DNA from: a virus | IMG/VR virus record: IMGVR_UViG_3300030329_002114 | Span: 24,987 to 88,986 of that record | Reading direction: 5' to 3' (one strand) | Length of the DNA stretch: 64,000 nucleotides | In this document: one piece after another, positions 47,595 to 56,579 of the stretch | How positions within the stretch are numbered: the stretch's first letter is position 1 | Layout of the letters: the number at the start of each line of letters is the position of its first letter | The notes under the pieces: model-generated | Told to the model about the DNA's origin: nothing | Databases searched by the model: none | The model's input: only the letters and a program-made list of their open reading frames with translations | Position numbers and translations under genes: made by a program

Positions 47595-47831
47595 TTTAAC
47601 TCCTATTTGTTATTGTTTTATAAAAATTCGATTGTAGATGATGTTACCTCCTACCCCGTTGGATAGGGCGATAACACCATCACTAATATAGTTAATTAAG
47701 CTATATTATAGGTTGCGACCCTTACAATCTAAAATTTTAGGCTGTTTTACAACACGACTTATCATCAACCTTGAAAAGAATGTGAACGTATGTAAAACTA
47801 GCCTAATTTCATACATAAAGGAAAGAGCCAA

Positions 47832-48137
47832 TCAAGTGACTGACTCTTTCATCATGGAGGTTACACTAACATCCAGAACCCTATCCATTTGACTAAGTGT
47901 CTCATGGCCAAGATAATCAAACTCAAGACAACCCTTTGAGCTTTCATTATCTAGGATTTTCTGAAAATTGTCAATGTATTCATCCCTATTGTCCATAAAG
48001 TGATCAAGATCAACTCTGACAATGAAATATTGACAGCCCTTAAGTTTCCAGATAGGGTTTTCTGTGTTCATGTTTCCATTTGGTAGAAAAGCATAGTTTT
48101 CTCTAATTTGTGCTTGAATGCGAATAAAAAATTCCAT
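47832..48137 (-). CDS. hypothetical early protein, first of the operon
   Basis: AGGAG RBS, motif at 48186. Confidence 0.7.
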   Translation of the reverse strand: MEFFIRIQAQIRENYAFLPNGNMNTENPIWKLKGCQYFIVRVDLDHFMDNRDEYIDNFQKILDNESSKGCLEFDYLGHETLSQMDRVLDVSVTSMMKESVT

Positions 48138-48543
48138 AAAACAATCTCCTATTGTTTGTGTATAATTGAGGCGTAATTGCCATACATAGAGGAAACATTT
48201 GAGCTGTAGTACTCCAAGGTATTGTATGGATTATATATGTATTGATACTCATCATAGCATGGGGAAGTGTAAGCGTATAGCGATACACTTGGGCATGCTG
48301 AAGAGTATCAGGGTGGGGAAATGTAGAGCTGGATCAGCGTAGCTGATACCGTTTTGTAGTGACAACTCAACTCAACCTTTCAACTCAACCTAAATAGATC
48401 CATACAACCCATCTTAATGGGGGGTACCTACTCAATGTTTCCCTCACTCCCATTCTTGTTGCAGTTTTGAAAGAGTACATGAAACAAAATCTAGAATAAG
48501 GCGTTGTATTATAAAGTCTATAAGTGTTAAGTTAAAGTAATTT

Positions 48544-48753
48544 ATGAAATTAAAACCTAAAAGAGAGTACGAAGTGTTTAATATGACCACTAATAAGTGG
48601 GAAAAGAAGACTATGAGCGAAGATCAATACCAGCAATTGGTCTCATTTCAGGAAAATAACGCTGATGTGTTAAGTGCTGAATATGAGATAGTTTCTAGGA
48701 TAGTTTCACAAAATTTAGGGCTACCTAAATCTAACAAAGAGAGTATGGATTAA
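48544..48753 (+). CDS. small conserved protein (homolog 4017-4214)
   Basis: Synteny and shared motif. Confidence 0.6.
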   Translation: MKLKPKREYEVFNMTTNKWEKKTMSEDQYQQLVSFQENNADVLSAEYEIVSRIVSQNLGLPKSNKESMD

Positions 48754-48775
48754 TAACATAGAGATATATATATAA

Positions 48776-48818
48776 ACATATAGCTACATGAACATATAGC
48801 TATATGTACATATAGCTA
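48776..48818. repeat. three ACATATAGCTA repeats with 16-bp period
   Basis: Copies start at 48776, 48792 and 48808. Confidence 0.9.
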
Positions 48819-48821
48819 CAC

Positions 48822-49595
48822 GTGCAAATAAAAAGAAGAATTAATGGAAAAACAAGCAAACATCCAGTCTACACAAAGGATGAAGCAGACAATAAAAAGC
48901 TGGATTATGTGTATTGGAGACAAGCAGAAATTGGAGACTGGGCTATTACGGATGATAACTTTGTATCTGAGTGTTATGCTAGAAAAGATTATACAGACAA
49001 GAATGGAAAAGTTAAAACATTTGTTAAGCTTACCTGTGGAGTTGGATGGGATAGTGGGTTCTCTAAGATACAATTCTTGGAAAACCACAAGTATGGCGTA
49101 TACAGCAAGACAAATCCCAAGAGGTCTTGGGTAGATGAAGAATCTGGCACATCAAGGGCTAAAAATACTGTTAATGCTTATGCAAATATGCTTTTGGACA
49201 GTAAGGCGGTGGACTTTGATGCTCTTGGACAAATTTATAGACCAGATCAATCCGTTCCTGCAGCAACCGTTAGAAGATTCCTCAAGCAAAAAACAGCTAA
49301 ACGTATGGTAGAAAAGAAAGTAAAAGAATTATTAAGCGATAAAGCTATCAATAAAGAGTTCGCTTTAGATAATATTATCAGGGCATTGCAGATGGCAGAG
49401 TCAAAAGGCGATGTAAATAATTTTTTAAAAGCAAATGACTATATTATGGACTTATTAGAGATGAAGCCCAATAAACAACTTATTACAGACACAGTACAAG
49501 TAGATATGACAAAGCAAATAGCAGATACTATTGCTAAAGAAGAAAAAAAATTAACATTACAGAGAAAATCAGAAGTAAATGAACCAGTTGAATGA
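48822..49595 (+). CDS. putative terminase small subunit (module B)
   Basis: Homolog of 4331-5107 (PVY.K.EA, IYR.DQ..P, TDTVQ.DM). Confidence 0.55.
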   Translation: MQIKRRINGKTSKHPVYTKDEADNKKLDYVYWRQAEIGDWAITDDNFVSECYARKDYTDKNGKVKTFVKLTCGVGWDSGFSKIQFLENHKYGVYSKTNPKRSWVDEESGTSRAKNTVNAYANMLLDSKAVDFDALGQIYRPDQSVPAATVRRFLKQKTAKRMVEKKVKELLSDKAINKEFALDNIIRALQMAESKGDVNNFLKANDYIMDLLEMKPNKQLITDTVQVDMTKQIADTIAKEEKKLTLQRKSEVNEPVE

Positions 49596-49794
49596 AGCAG
49601 AACTTCAATATGAAGGATATACTGATAGTCGTAGAAAAGATCAGCAGCTAGAAGCAGCTGTCAAGGCGTTACACGCTATTGCGGTAATACTTGATGGAGA
49701 TTCTAGGCAATCTGCCCAAATAGCTATAGATGCATTAAATGAAATGGAAACATATGGCTATTACTATGAACAGTTTGTACAAGAATACGATTAA
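49579..49794 (+). CDS. hypothetical protein
   Basis: Overlapping ORF. Confidence 0.5.
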   Translation: MNQLNEAELQYEGYTDSRRKDQQLEAAVKALHAIAVILDGDSRQSAQIAIDALNEMETYGYYYEQFVQEYD

Positions 49795-49956
49795 TTGTTT
49801 GAATTTTGTGCCTTAAAGAGCAAAACATGTCCATTTGCAGGTATAACCAAGGGTAACGTTCATTGCGGCATAAAAACAGGCAATTTGCTCGAAACTAGGA
49901 TTAGTAACATGACTAAGTGCCCATATAAGCCCAAAAAGAAACGTGGAAAAAGATAA
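49795..49956 (+). CDS. 53-aa four-Cys basic protein
   Basis: Hand-translated from TTG; fills the gap before terL. Confidence 0.4.
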   Translation: MFEFCALKSKTCPFAGITKGNVHCGIKTGNLLETRISNMTKCPYKPKKKRGKR

Positions 49957-51418
49957 AAAATATATACATAGTAAATTGAAGGATAGTATGATACTATTTG
50001 GAAAAGTTATTATGAGTAATATGTTTTCTGCTGCTTCTCCTTGGTTTCATTATGAAATAGCTAAAGTATTAACAAATAACGATAAAAAACAGGTAAATAT
50101 CATTGCCCCACGTGGTCATGCCAAATCCTCTATCGTTGGAGGTGTTTATCCCTTATATCACATCATGAACGACAGTGGGGCAAAACTTATTGTGTTGGTA
50201 TCCCGTACCCAAGATCACGCCATAAAGCTCCTTGGAACTATCAAGGACACTTTAGAGTACAGCGAATCCTTCAGGCAAATCTATGGGTATTGGGGCCAAC
50301 ATAGTGCGAAGCAATGGTCAAAGACTGAAGTAGAGCTTAAAGATGGCTCTATGATTATATGCAAAGGAACTGGTCAACAGTTGCGTGGTATTAAGGTAGG
50401 GAGTCAAAGACCTACTCTTATTATAGTTGACGACCCTGAAGATGAGAATAATACTAAAACAGCAGAAGCTATGGAAGCTAATCTTAGATGGCTCCTTCAA
50501 AGTGCTGTCCCGTCTTTAGATCCTCAGAAAGGCAAGATTATAGTTATTGGAACACCACAGCACCAGAGATGCTTAGTTGAAATACTAAAATCAATGGATG
50601 GCTGGGTTAATATGCATTTTGCACCAGATTTAAAAGAAAATGTTGCTCTATGGGAAGAGTGGCAACCCATAGCCAAGTTACTTCAAAAGAAAAAAGAATT
50701 AGAATCAATTGGTAGATCTTCTGTGTTTTATAGAGAGTATATGTGCCAGATTGTTGGTGACGAAGACCAATTGTTTCAAGAGAAATATATTCAATATCAT
50801 AATTATAAATTAAAGATTGATAACGATGGAAGGCATTTCTTGTATGATGACAAGAAAGAAATTCCAGTTAATGTATTTATGGGGGTTGACCCTGCTTCTT
50901 CGGTTCGCAAGACGGCAGACTACTCTGTAATCATGCCCATTGCGGTAGACGAAAACAACAATAGGTATATTCTCCAGTATTACCGCCAGAGGGCAACTCC
51001 CATGAAATTAGCTGAAAGCATTATTGAATACTTTAAGATATTTAAACCAGTTAAAGTTAGAGTAGAAAGCGTTGGTTATCAGGAAATGCTACGAGAGTAT
51101 TTAAAACAACGCTGTGATGAGGAAAAAATATTTATATCTGGACTGGAAATAAAAGAAAGCCCCAGAACAAGCAAATCTTCAAGACTGGAAACCATGCAGC
51201 CTTACTTTGCTCAAAAGAAAATGTTTATGTTAGAATCTATGGAAGAACTACGTGACGAGCTTTTGTTATATCCTCGTGGAAAACATGACGATCTTCTAGA
51301 TGGACTCTTTTACGCAATGAAAAAATGTTATACTCCTAATCATAAAGTAGTTGCAAAAGAAAATAAAAATACTTATAATCTGGACAATTTAGACAACATA
51401 AGTTGGAAAATAGCATAA
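49943..51418 (+). CDS. terL: terminase large subunit (module B)
   Basis: APRGHAKS, LIIVDDPE, GVDPA, HDDLLDGL. Confidence 0.95.
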   Translation: MEKDKKYIHSKLKDSMILFGKVIMSNMFSAASPWFHYEIAKVLTNNDKKQVNIIAPRGHAKSSIVGGVYPLYHIMNDSGAKLIVLVSRTQDHAIKLLGTIKDTLEYSESFRQIYGYWGQHSAKQWSKTEVELKDGSMIICKGTGQQLRGIKVGSQRPTLIIVDDPEDENNTKTAEAMEANLRWLLQSAVPSLDPQKGKIIVIGTPQHQRCLVEILKSMDGWVNMHFAPDLKENVALWEEWQPIAKLLQKKKELESIGRSSVFYREYMCQIVGDEDQLFQEKYIQYHNYKLKIDNDGRHFLYDDKKEIPVNVFMGVDPASSVRKTADYSVIMPIAVDENNNRYILQYYRQRATPMKLAESIIEYFKIFKPVKVRVESVGYQEMLREYLKQRCDEEKIFISGLEIKESPRTSKSSRLETMQPYFAQKKMFMLESMEELRDELLLYPRGKHDDLLDGLFYAMKKCYTPNHKVVAKENKNTYNLDNLDNISWKIA

Positions 51419-51472
51419 TTTGGGAACAAATAAGTCAAGTATTAGTTTAAGTAACTAAAATAGGAATCTACA

Positions 51473-53695
51473 TTGCATCAAGACTCCGCAAAGGATACAG
51501 ACGTACAATTAACACAAGATCTACTTACTGAGTACAGTTCAGCACGACAGAACTGGATAAAACAAGCCGTTGAGGATAATGAGTTCAGGAACGGCAAACA
51601 ATGGACAGATGATCAGGTAACAGCACTTCGCAATAGAGCTCAAGAGCCTTTAGTTGTCAATGTTGTTTATTCGGCTGTAGAGCAAGCAAAAGCTATGCTT
51701 ACAGCAAACAGTCCAAAATTTCAATCAACAGCTAGAGAAAATAGCGATGCTAAAGTCGGCAGGATGTTTTCTGATTTAATGGCTTACATCTGGGATCATT
51801 CTAATGGCAATGTAGAGTTAAAACAGGCAATAGACGATTACTATGTAAAAGGCATGGGCGTAATGATGTCCTATATAGATCCCAATGCCGACTTTGGTTC
51901 TGGTGAAGTCAAGTTAAAATCAATTGACCCATTAGAGCTATTTATTGATCCTAGCAGTAGTGATCCTTTTTGTAGGGATGCTGCTCATATTATAGTTGGT
52001 AAGATTGTGACACAGACTCAATTAATTTCTATGTATCCTGAATTTGAAGATATAATAAGAGATAGTGCTGAGACTAGCTACTTAAACACAGTTAGCGAGT
52101 CAAGATATGGATTAAACAGTGAAGATGTTACTTTAAAAAGAAGAAACGTTGGTGATTCAATTACAGATGAGCGTGAACTGGAGCTTTTTGAAAGATATAC
52201 AAAAATTAAACTTCCTTACTATAAGATATATGATCCGTTAAGTGAGGAAGAAAAAATATTAAATGAAGTTGATTTTGAAGAATATAAGAAAGAACCTATA
52301 GTATTAGTAACTAATGCTGGTGAGCAGACTATATATACAGACAAGGCTAACGTAGGTCAGTATATGAAGATAGCAGAAGAGATTGGCACTACTTATCATT
52401 TAATGCAGGATCCTATGACTGGACAACCAGTCCCTATGAAAGGGGAGGAGCATCAAGGTGCTATTCGAGGTACAACCACTACAATTGATATAATGACTAA
52501 GGCAGATCTTATTGAGGATGGTGGTATTATGGTTAATGAAGTAGAGATTACTCAGATATATCAATGCGTTAGTGTAGGTGATAATAAATTATTTATGGTT
52601 CATCTTCCTATTGAAGATTATCCCATTGTTCCCTTTATGAATGGATTTAACAGGAATCCTTTTCCTATGAGTGACGTAAGGCTTGTAAAAGGGCTACAAG
52701 AGTATATAAATAAGATTAGATCGCTTATAGTTGCTCATGCGTCAAGTTCTACCAATGTTAAGTTGCTTATACCTAGAGGCAGTATGGATAGAAAGCTTTT
52801 AGAGCAAGAGTGGGGAAAAGCTGGTACAGCTGTTATTGAATTTGATCCAGAACTAGGACAGCCTATCGTAGCTGGGCCTGTTCCTTTACCAAATGAGCTT
52901 TATAAAAACGAAGCAGACGCAAAAGCAGATATAGAAAGAATATTAGGCATATATGCTATGATGCAGGGAGACGTAGGTAGCTCTCCTCAGACTTTTAAAG
53001 GAACTGTTGCGTTAGATGAATTTGGACAAAGAAGAATTAAGTCAAAGAGAGACGATATTGAAGAATGCATTAATCAACTTGCAAAGGTTGTTGTGGGCAT
53101 GATTCAATATGTCTACACCGATCAAAAGGTATTTAGACTCATGCAACCAAATAACAGACCTTTAGAAATGGAAATTAACAGTCCTTTGTATGATGACATA
53201 GGCAATTTAATGGGCAAAGTAAATGATATTACTATTGGTAAGTATGATGTGGTTGTGCTATCAGGCTCAACTTTACCATCTAATCGCTGGGCGAGGTTTG
53301 AGTATTATATGCAATTATATCAAACTGGTCTTATTGATCAGATTGAGGTTCTTAAGCAGACTGACGTTGCAGATATGGAAGGTGTATTAGAAAGAGCTGG
53401 ACAGATGCAAAAGATGCAACAACAAATGCAGGCACAAGCTGAAGAAATTAAAAACCTTAAGGGCGATCTTCAGACCGCACAAAGAGAGTCCTTGCATGAT
53501 CGTAAGCGTGTAGAAGTAAAAGAATTTGAAAAGAAACTTGCTAAAGCAGAAGCTAAAGTAGAAATGGCAGCTAAACTATATCAAACTCGTTTAGCAGATG
53601 AGCTTAAATTAGCTAAAGAAGATTTAGCAGACTTTGATGAGCGTAGAAATACGTCTAGAGAAATGAATGAAGAAATGTTAAGGCTGGAGGAGTAA
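51473..53695 (+). CDS. portal protein (module B)
   Basis: Colinear homolog of 6804-8978. Confidence 0.88.
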   Translation: MHQDSAKDTDVQLTQDLLTEYSSARQNWIKQAVEDNEFRNGKQWTDDQVTALRNRAQEPLVVNVVYSAVEQAKAMLTANSPKFQSTARENSDAKVGRMFSDLMAYIWDHSNGNVELKQAIDDYYVKGMGVMMSYIDPNADFGSGEVKLKSIDPLELFIDPSSSDPFCRDAAHIIVGKIVTQTQLISMYPEFEDIIRDSAETSYLNTVSESRYGLNSEDVTLKRRNVGDSITDERELELFERYTKIKLPYYKIYDPLSEEEKILNEVDFEEYKKEPIVLVTNAGEQTIYTDKANVGQYMKIAEEIGTTYHLMQDPMTGQPVPMKGEEHQGAIRGTTTTIDIMTKADLIEDGGIMVNEVEITQIYQCVSVGDNKLFMVHLPIEDYPIVPFMNGFNRNPFPMSDVRLVKGLQEYINKIRSLIVAHASSSTNVKLLIPRGSMDRKLLEQEWGKAGTAVIEFDPELGQPIVAGPVPLPNELYKNEADAKADIERILGIYAMMQGDVGSSPQTFKGTVALDEFGQRRIKSKRDDIEECINQLAKVVVGMIQYVYTDQKVFRLMQPNNRPLEMEINSPLYDDIGNLMGKVNDITIGKYDVVVLSGSTLPSNRWARFEYYMQLYQTGLIDQIEVLKQTDVADMEGVLERAGQMQKMQQQMQAQAEEIKNLKGDLQTAQRESLHDRKRVEVKEFEKKLAKAEAKVEMAAKLYQTRLADELKLAKEDLADFDERRNTSREMNEEMLRLEE

Positions 53696-54087
53696 TGAGT
53701 GATAATATAACTTATGATGACCCTTGGGGTGATAATATACAATTAGCTTACAAAGATGGAAAATTAATTACTGGTAAGGAGGCTGATAAATATAGTCCTT
53801 TTGCTGATTTTGATTATGGTATTGAACATTTGCTTTTCAAAATACATACTCAACAAAAAATAGATATAAATAAATACTCAGATGATGTGATAAATGAAGC
53901 AATAAATTGGTATGCAGAAGCAGAACAAAAAGCAATTGAATACAAAATGGAGTATAAAGATAATGAAAAAGTTATGAATGCTCAAGATAGAAAGCTTCAA
54001 GAAATAGATTTTTTTAAAAAACAATTAAGTCCTTTTACAAAAGATTTACCACAGGGCGACACTATGGGCGCAGGAGATTTTAGATAA
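53695..54087 (+). CDS. hypothetical protein with C-terminal tag PFTKDLPQGDTMGAGDFR
   Basis: TAATG-coupled; tag shared with the next gene. Confidence 0.7.
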   Translation: MSDNITYDDPWGDNIQLAYKDGKLITGKEADKYSPFADFDYGIEHLLFKIHTQQKIDINKYSDDVINEAINWYAEAEQKAIEYKMEYKDNEKVMNAQDRKLQEIDFFKKQLSPFTKDLPQGDTMGAGDFR

Positions 54088-54533
54088 TGAGTATTTTAAA
54101 AGGTGCATTAGGCGGAATAGGAGCTAGTATGGGGGCAATGGCTCTTTTTAATGAAGGCGAAGGAGAGACATTTACCTCTTACCCTAAACAAAGTAGATAT
54201 AAACAATTTCAAGAAAATGCAGAAAGGGCAGAAAGATATGCAATTCATACACCCCTATTGAAAAAAGACTCAGATGGGGATATTATGAATTTTGCTCTTA
54301 AAAGATATGGAGAAGGGGATATTGGATACTCAATAGGCTCTTTAATGGTAGCTGCAGATAGAGATTTAATTAATTCTAATATGTCTGTTAATGAAGTTTA
54401 TCAAATAATGGAAAGAGAAGGTTTGTCTCCATATGGTTTTAAATTAAGTAAAGCATTGTTAAATGTAGCATTTAATCCTTATACAAAGGACTTGCCACAA
54501 GGCGATACAATAGGCGTAGGAGATTTTAGATAG
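54087..54533 (+). CDS. hypothetical protein with C-terminal tag PYTKDLPQGDTIGVGDFR
   Basis: TAATG-coupled; tag shared with the previous gene. Confidence 0.7.
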   Translation: MSILKGALGGIGASMGAMALFNEGEGETFTSYPKQSRYKQFQENAERAERYAIHTPLLKKDSDGDIMNFALKRYGEGDIGYSIGSLMVAADRDLINSNMSVNEVYQIMEREGLSPYGFKLSKALLNVAFNPYTKDLPQGDTIGVGDFR

Positions 54534-54838
54534 TGAGTGATCAATTAGGAAGAATAAATCAAGACGAAGAATTAAAAAAATACATGAGAGATAGTGCTTA
54601 TGTTTGGCATAATATGATGGGTGGAGGCACAGCAGGTGCCTTTATGAAAATGCTTAGTGGTGGTTTAGTAGATCATTATGTAGAAAACGATGAAGGTTTT
54701 AGAGAATTTGTTAATTCTCAAGACCCATCAGATAAAATGCAAGTTATTAAAAAGTATAGAAAAGATGATGCTGGTTGGCAGTTTGCTGATACAGATGAAG
54801 ATATAATGGAAAAATTAAAAAGACATGGATTGGCATAA
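54533..54838 (+). CDS. hypothetical protein
   Basis: Coupled ORF. Confidence 0.65.
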   Translation: MSDQLGRINQDEELKKYMRDSAYVWHNMMGGGTAGAFMKMLSGGLVDHYVENDEGFREFVNSQDPSDKMQVIKKYRKDDAGWQFADTDEDIMEKLKRHGLA

Positions 54839-54865
54839 AAAAATGACACCAGAGGGTTTTAGATA

Positions 54866-55591
54866 ATGAACACTACATACCATCCAGAAGGCAATAGAGA
54901 CTTTAGAAGATATGTAGAGACTACTGTTCCGCATATGGGTTTATTAGGTGCGTCTGTAGCTTATGGAAGTCAAATGGGAAAAATAGGAGGCTTAAACCGA
55001 GGTATAGCAGAATCTTTAATGAAAGATTCAATGGCAAAAGACCCTAGGTTAAAAATTAATGTTCTTAATGTAGATAAAGCATATAGAAATATAGGATTTA
55101 AACCTCCTTTTGATATGAATCCTTTTTATGCAAGTTATGATCCTAAAAGTCATACTGTTAATACTCCTTCAAAAAATTATGGTCTGCTTGCACATGAACT
55201 TGGACACGCTGAACAGTATAAAAGTCCTTTATACAGAAAAACTATAGCTCCTCTTTCTGCAGTTGGAAGAGTGGCTCAAAAATTTGGAGTTTTGGCACCT
55301 ATATTTACAGATAACGAAGAAGAAGCTCGCAGAAATTCGCTTATAGCTGGCGGTTTGCAAGTCCCTACCTTAATTGAAGAATTTGATGCTTCTAGAAGAG
55401 GTTCAAAAATATTGAAAAAAAGTATGTCAAAACCTGCATTAACTAAAGCATCTTCTGGTGGAAAATTAGCTAGAATGTTAACTGCATTAAGGCCATTTGG
55501 AGGAATGCCAACATATGCCCTAGGCGCAGCGGCTCCCTATTTAATCTACAGGTACTTAAAAGGTAGGGGTTTATATGAAGGTGAATATTAA
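54866..55591 (+). CDS. zincin-like metallopeptidase
   Basis: AHELGHA...TL..EFDASRRG with hydrophobic helices. Confidence 0.8.
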   Translation: MNTTYHPEGNRDFRRYVETTVPHMGLLGASVAYGSQMGKIGGLNRGIAESLMKDSMAKDPRLKINVLNVDKAYRNIGFKPPFDMNPFYASYDPKSHTVNTPSKNYGLLAHELGHAEQYKSPLYRKTIAPLSAVGRVAQKFGVLAPIFTDNEEEARRNSLIAGGLQVPTLIEEFDASRRGSKILKKSMSKPALTKASSGGKLARMLTALRPFGGMPTYALGAAAPYLIYRYLKGRGLYEGEY

Positions 55592-55663
55592 AAAAATAAT
55601 TTTGCTTAACAAAGAATTGAAGAAAGCGGTTGCTGGAAATAACCAAATCGCAAAGGAAAAGTA

Positions 55664-56542
55664 ATGGAGAATATCTTAGAAACACGTAATGCTGATCAAC
55701 CACAGGTAGAGCAAGCTAGTCTGGCAACAGAACAGCCTACAATACCTACAGAGGAAGTGCCAGTAGAAAATGCTACTGGAGTGGAGCAATCAATTACGGA
55801 GCAATCAACAACAGAACCTTCCTCTAAAAACGACTCGACTCGTTTTGAATATTGGCAATCACAAGCTGACAAAGCCAAGGGTGAAATAAATACAATTCGA
55901 CAAGAATTGGATTACTATAAAAATTCATTAGCTCCAGTTGAGCAAATGATTCGTAATAATCCACAAGTTCTTGACCAGTTGCAACAGTCACCCTCCAACG
56001 GACAAGCTCAAGGACACCCTCAGGGACTTCAAGAGCCTTCGTTGAAGGAGCCATCAGCGCCTGACAGACCGCATTCATACAATGAGGTAGATGCTTATAA
56101 TGATCCAGAGAGTGATTCATTTAAGTATCGTTTAGCTAAAGAAGAGTATAGAGATAATTACTTGAACTTTTTACAAAAAAAAGATCAGGTGAGAGAACAG
56201 GAAATGCAAAAAGCATACCAACAGCAAATGCATCAACAGCAAAATCAAATGATTCAACGACAAGCGATGAGTCATGCTGTTAATAATTTTGGCTGGGATC
56301 AGCAGAAAGCTGCTGAATTTGTATCTTGGTCGCAGAGTCCTGATAATCTTACTCTTGACAATTTAGCAAAGTTGTTTGAATTGAGAACAAATACTAACCC
56401 AGTAGTGCAACAGAAAACTCAAGAAATGCAAAAACAAGCAGAGCGTTTATCTGTTCCTAGAACTGCAGCAGTGCAGACAGGAAAAGCAGAAGAGCCTCGT
56501 GATGAGCAACAGAAGTTTAATGATGCATTCTTTGGAAGGTAA
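55664..56542 (+). CDS. scaffolding protein (module B)
   Basis: Homolog of 8997 (EYWQS..D, AY.DPES.SFKYR). Confidence 0.75.
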   Translation: MENILETRNADQPQVEQASLATEQPTIPTEEVPVENATGVEQSITEQSTTEPSSKNDSTRFEYWQSQADKAKGEINTIRQELDYYKNSLAPVEQMIRNNPQVLDQLQQSPSNGQAQGHPQGLQEPSLKEPSAPDRPHSYNEVDAYNDPESDSFKYRLAKEEYRDNYLNFLQKKDQVREQEMQKAYQQQMHQQQNQMIQRQAMSHAVNNFGWDQQKAAEFVSWSQSPDNLTLDNLAKLFELRTNTNPVVQQKTQEMQKQAERLSVPRTAAVQTGKAEEPRDEQQKFNDAFFGR

Positions 56543-56579
56543 TTGTTATAAAGTAAACTAATAACAAATAGGAGTTAAA

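Larger units (their letters stand above)
37305..48194 (-). promoter_or_regulatory. ten dispersed TTCCTTTATNTNTG motifs (candidate phage RNAP promoters)
   Basis: Plus-strand ATAAAGGAA at 37310, 40688, 44428, 45172, 45770, 46354, 46919, 47327, 47815 and ATAGAGGAA at 48186; all intergenic, same orientation. Confidence 0.75.

Noticed and set aside
44428-48194. Repeated motif as a CRISPR or other guide array
   Set aside because: Spacing is irregular (hundreds of bp), the intervals contain genes, and no cas or other effector gene is present
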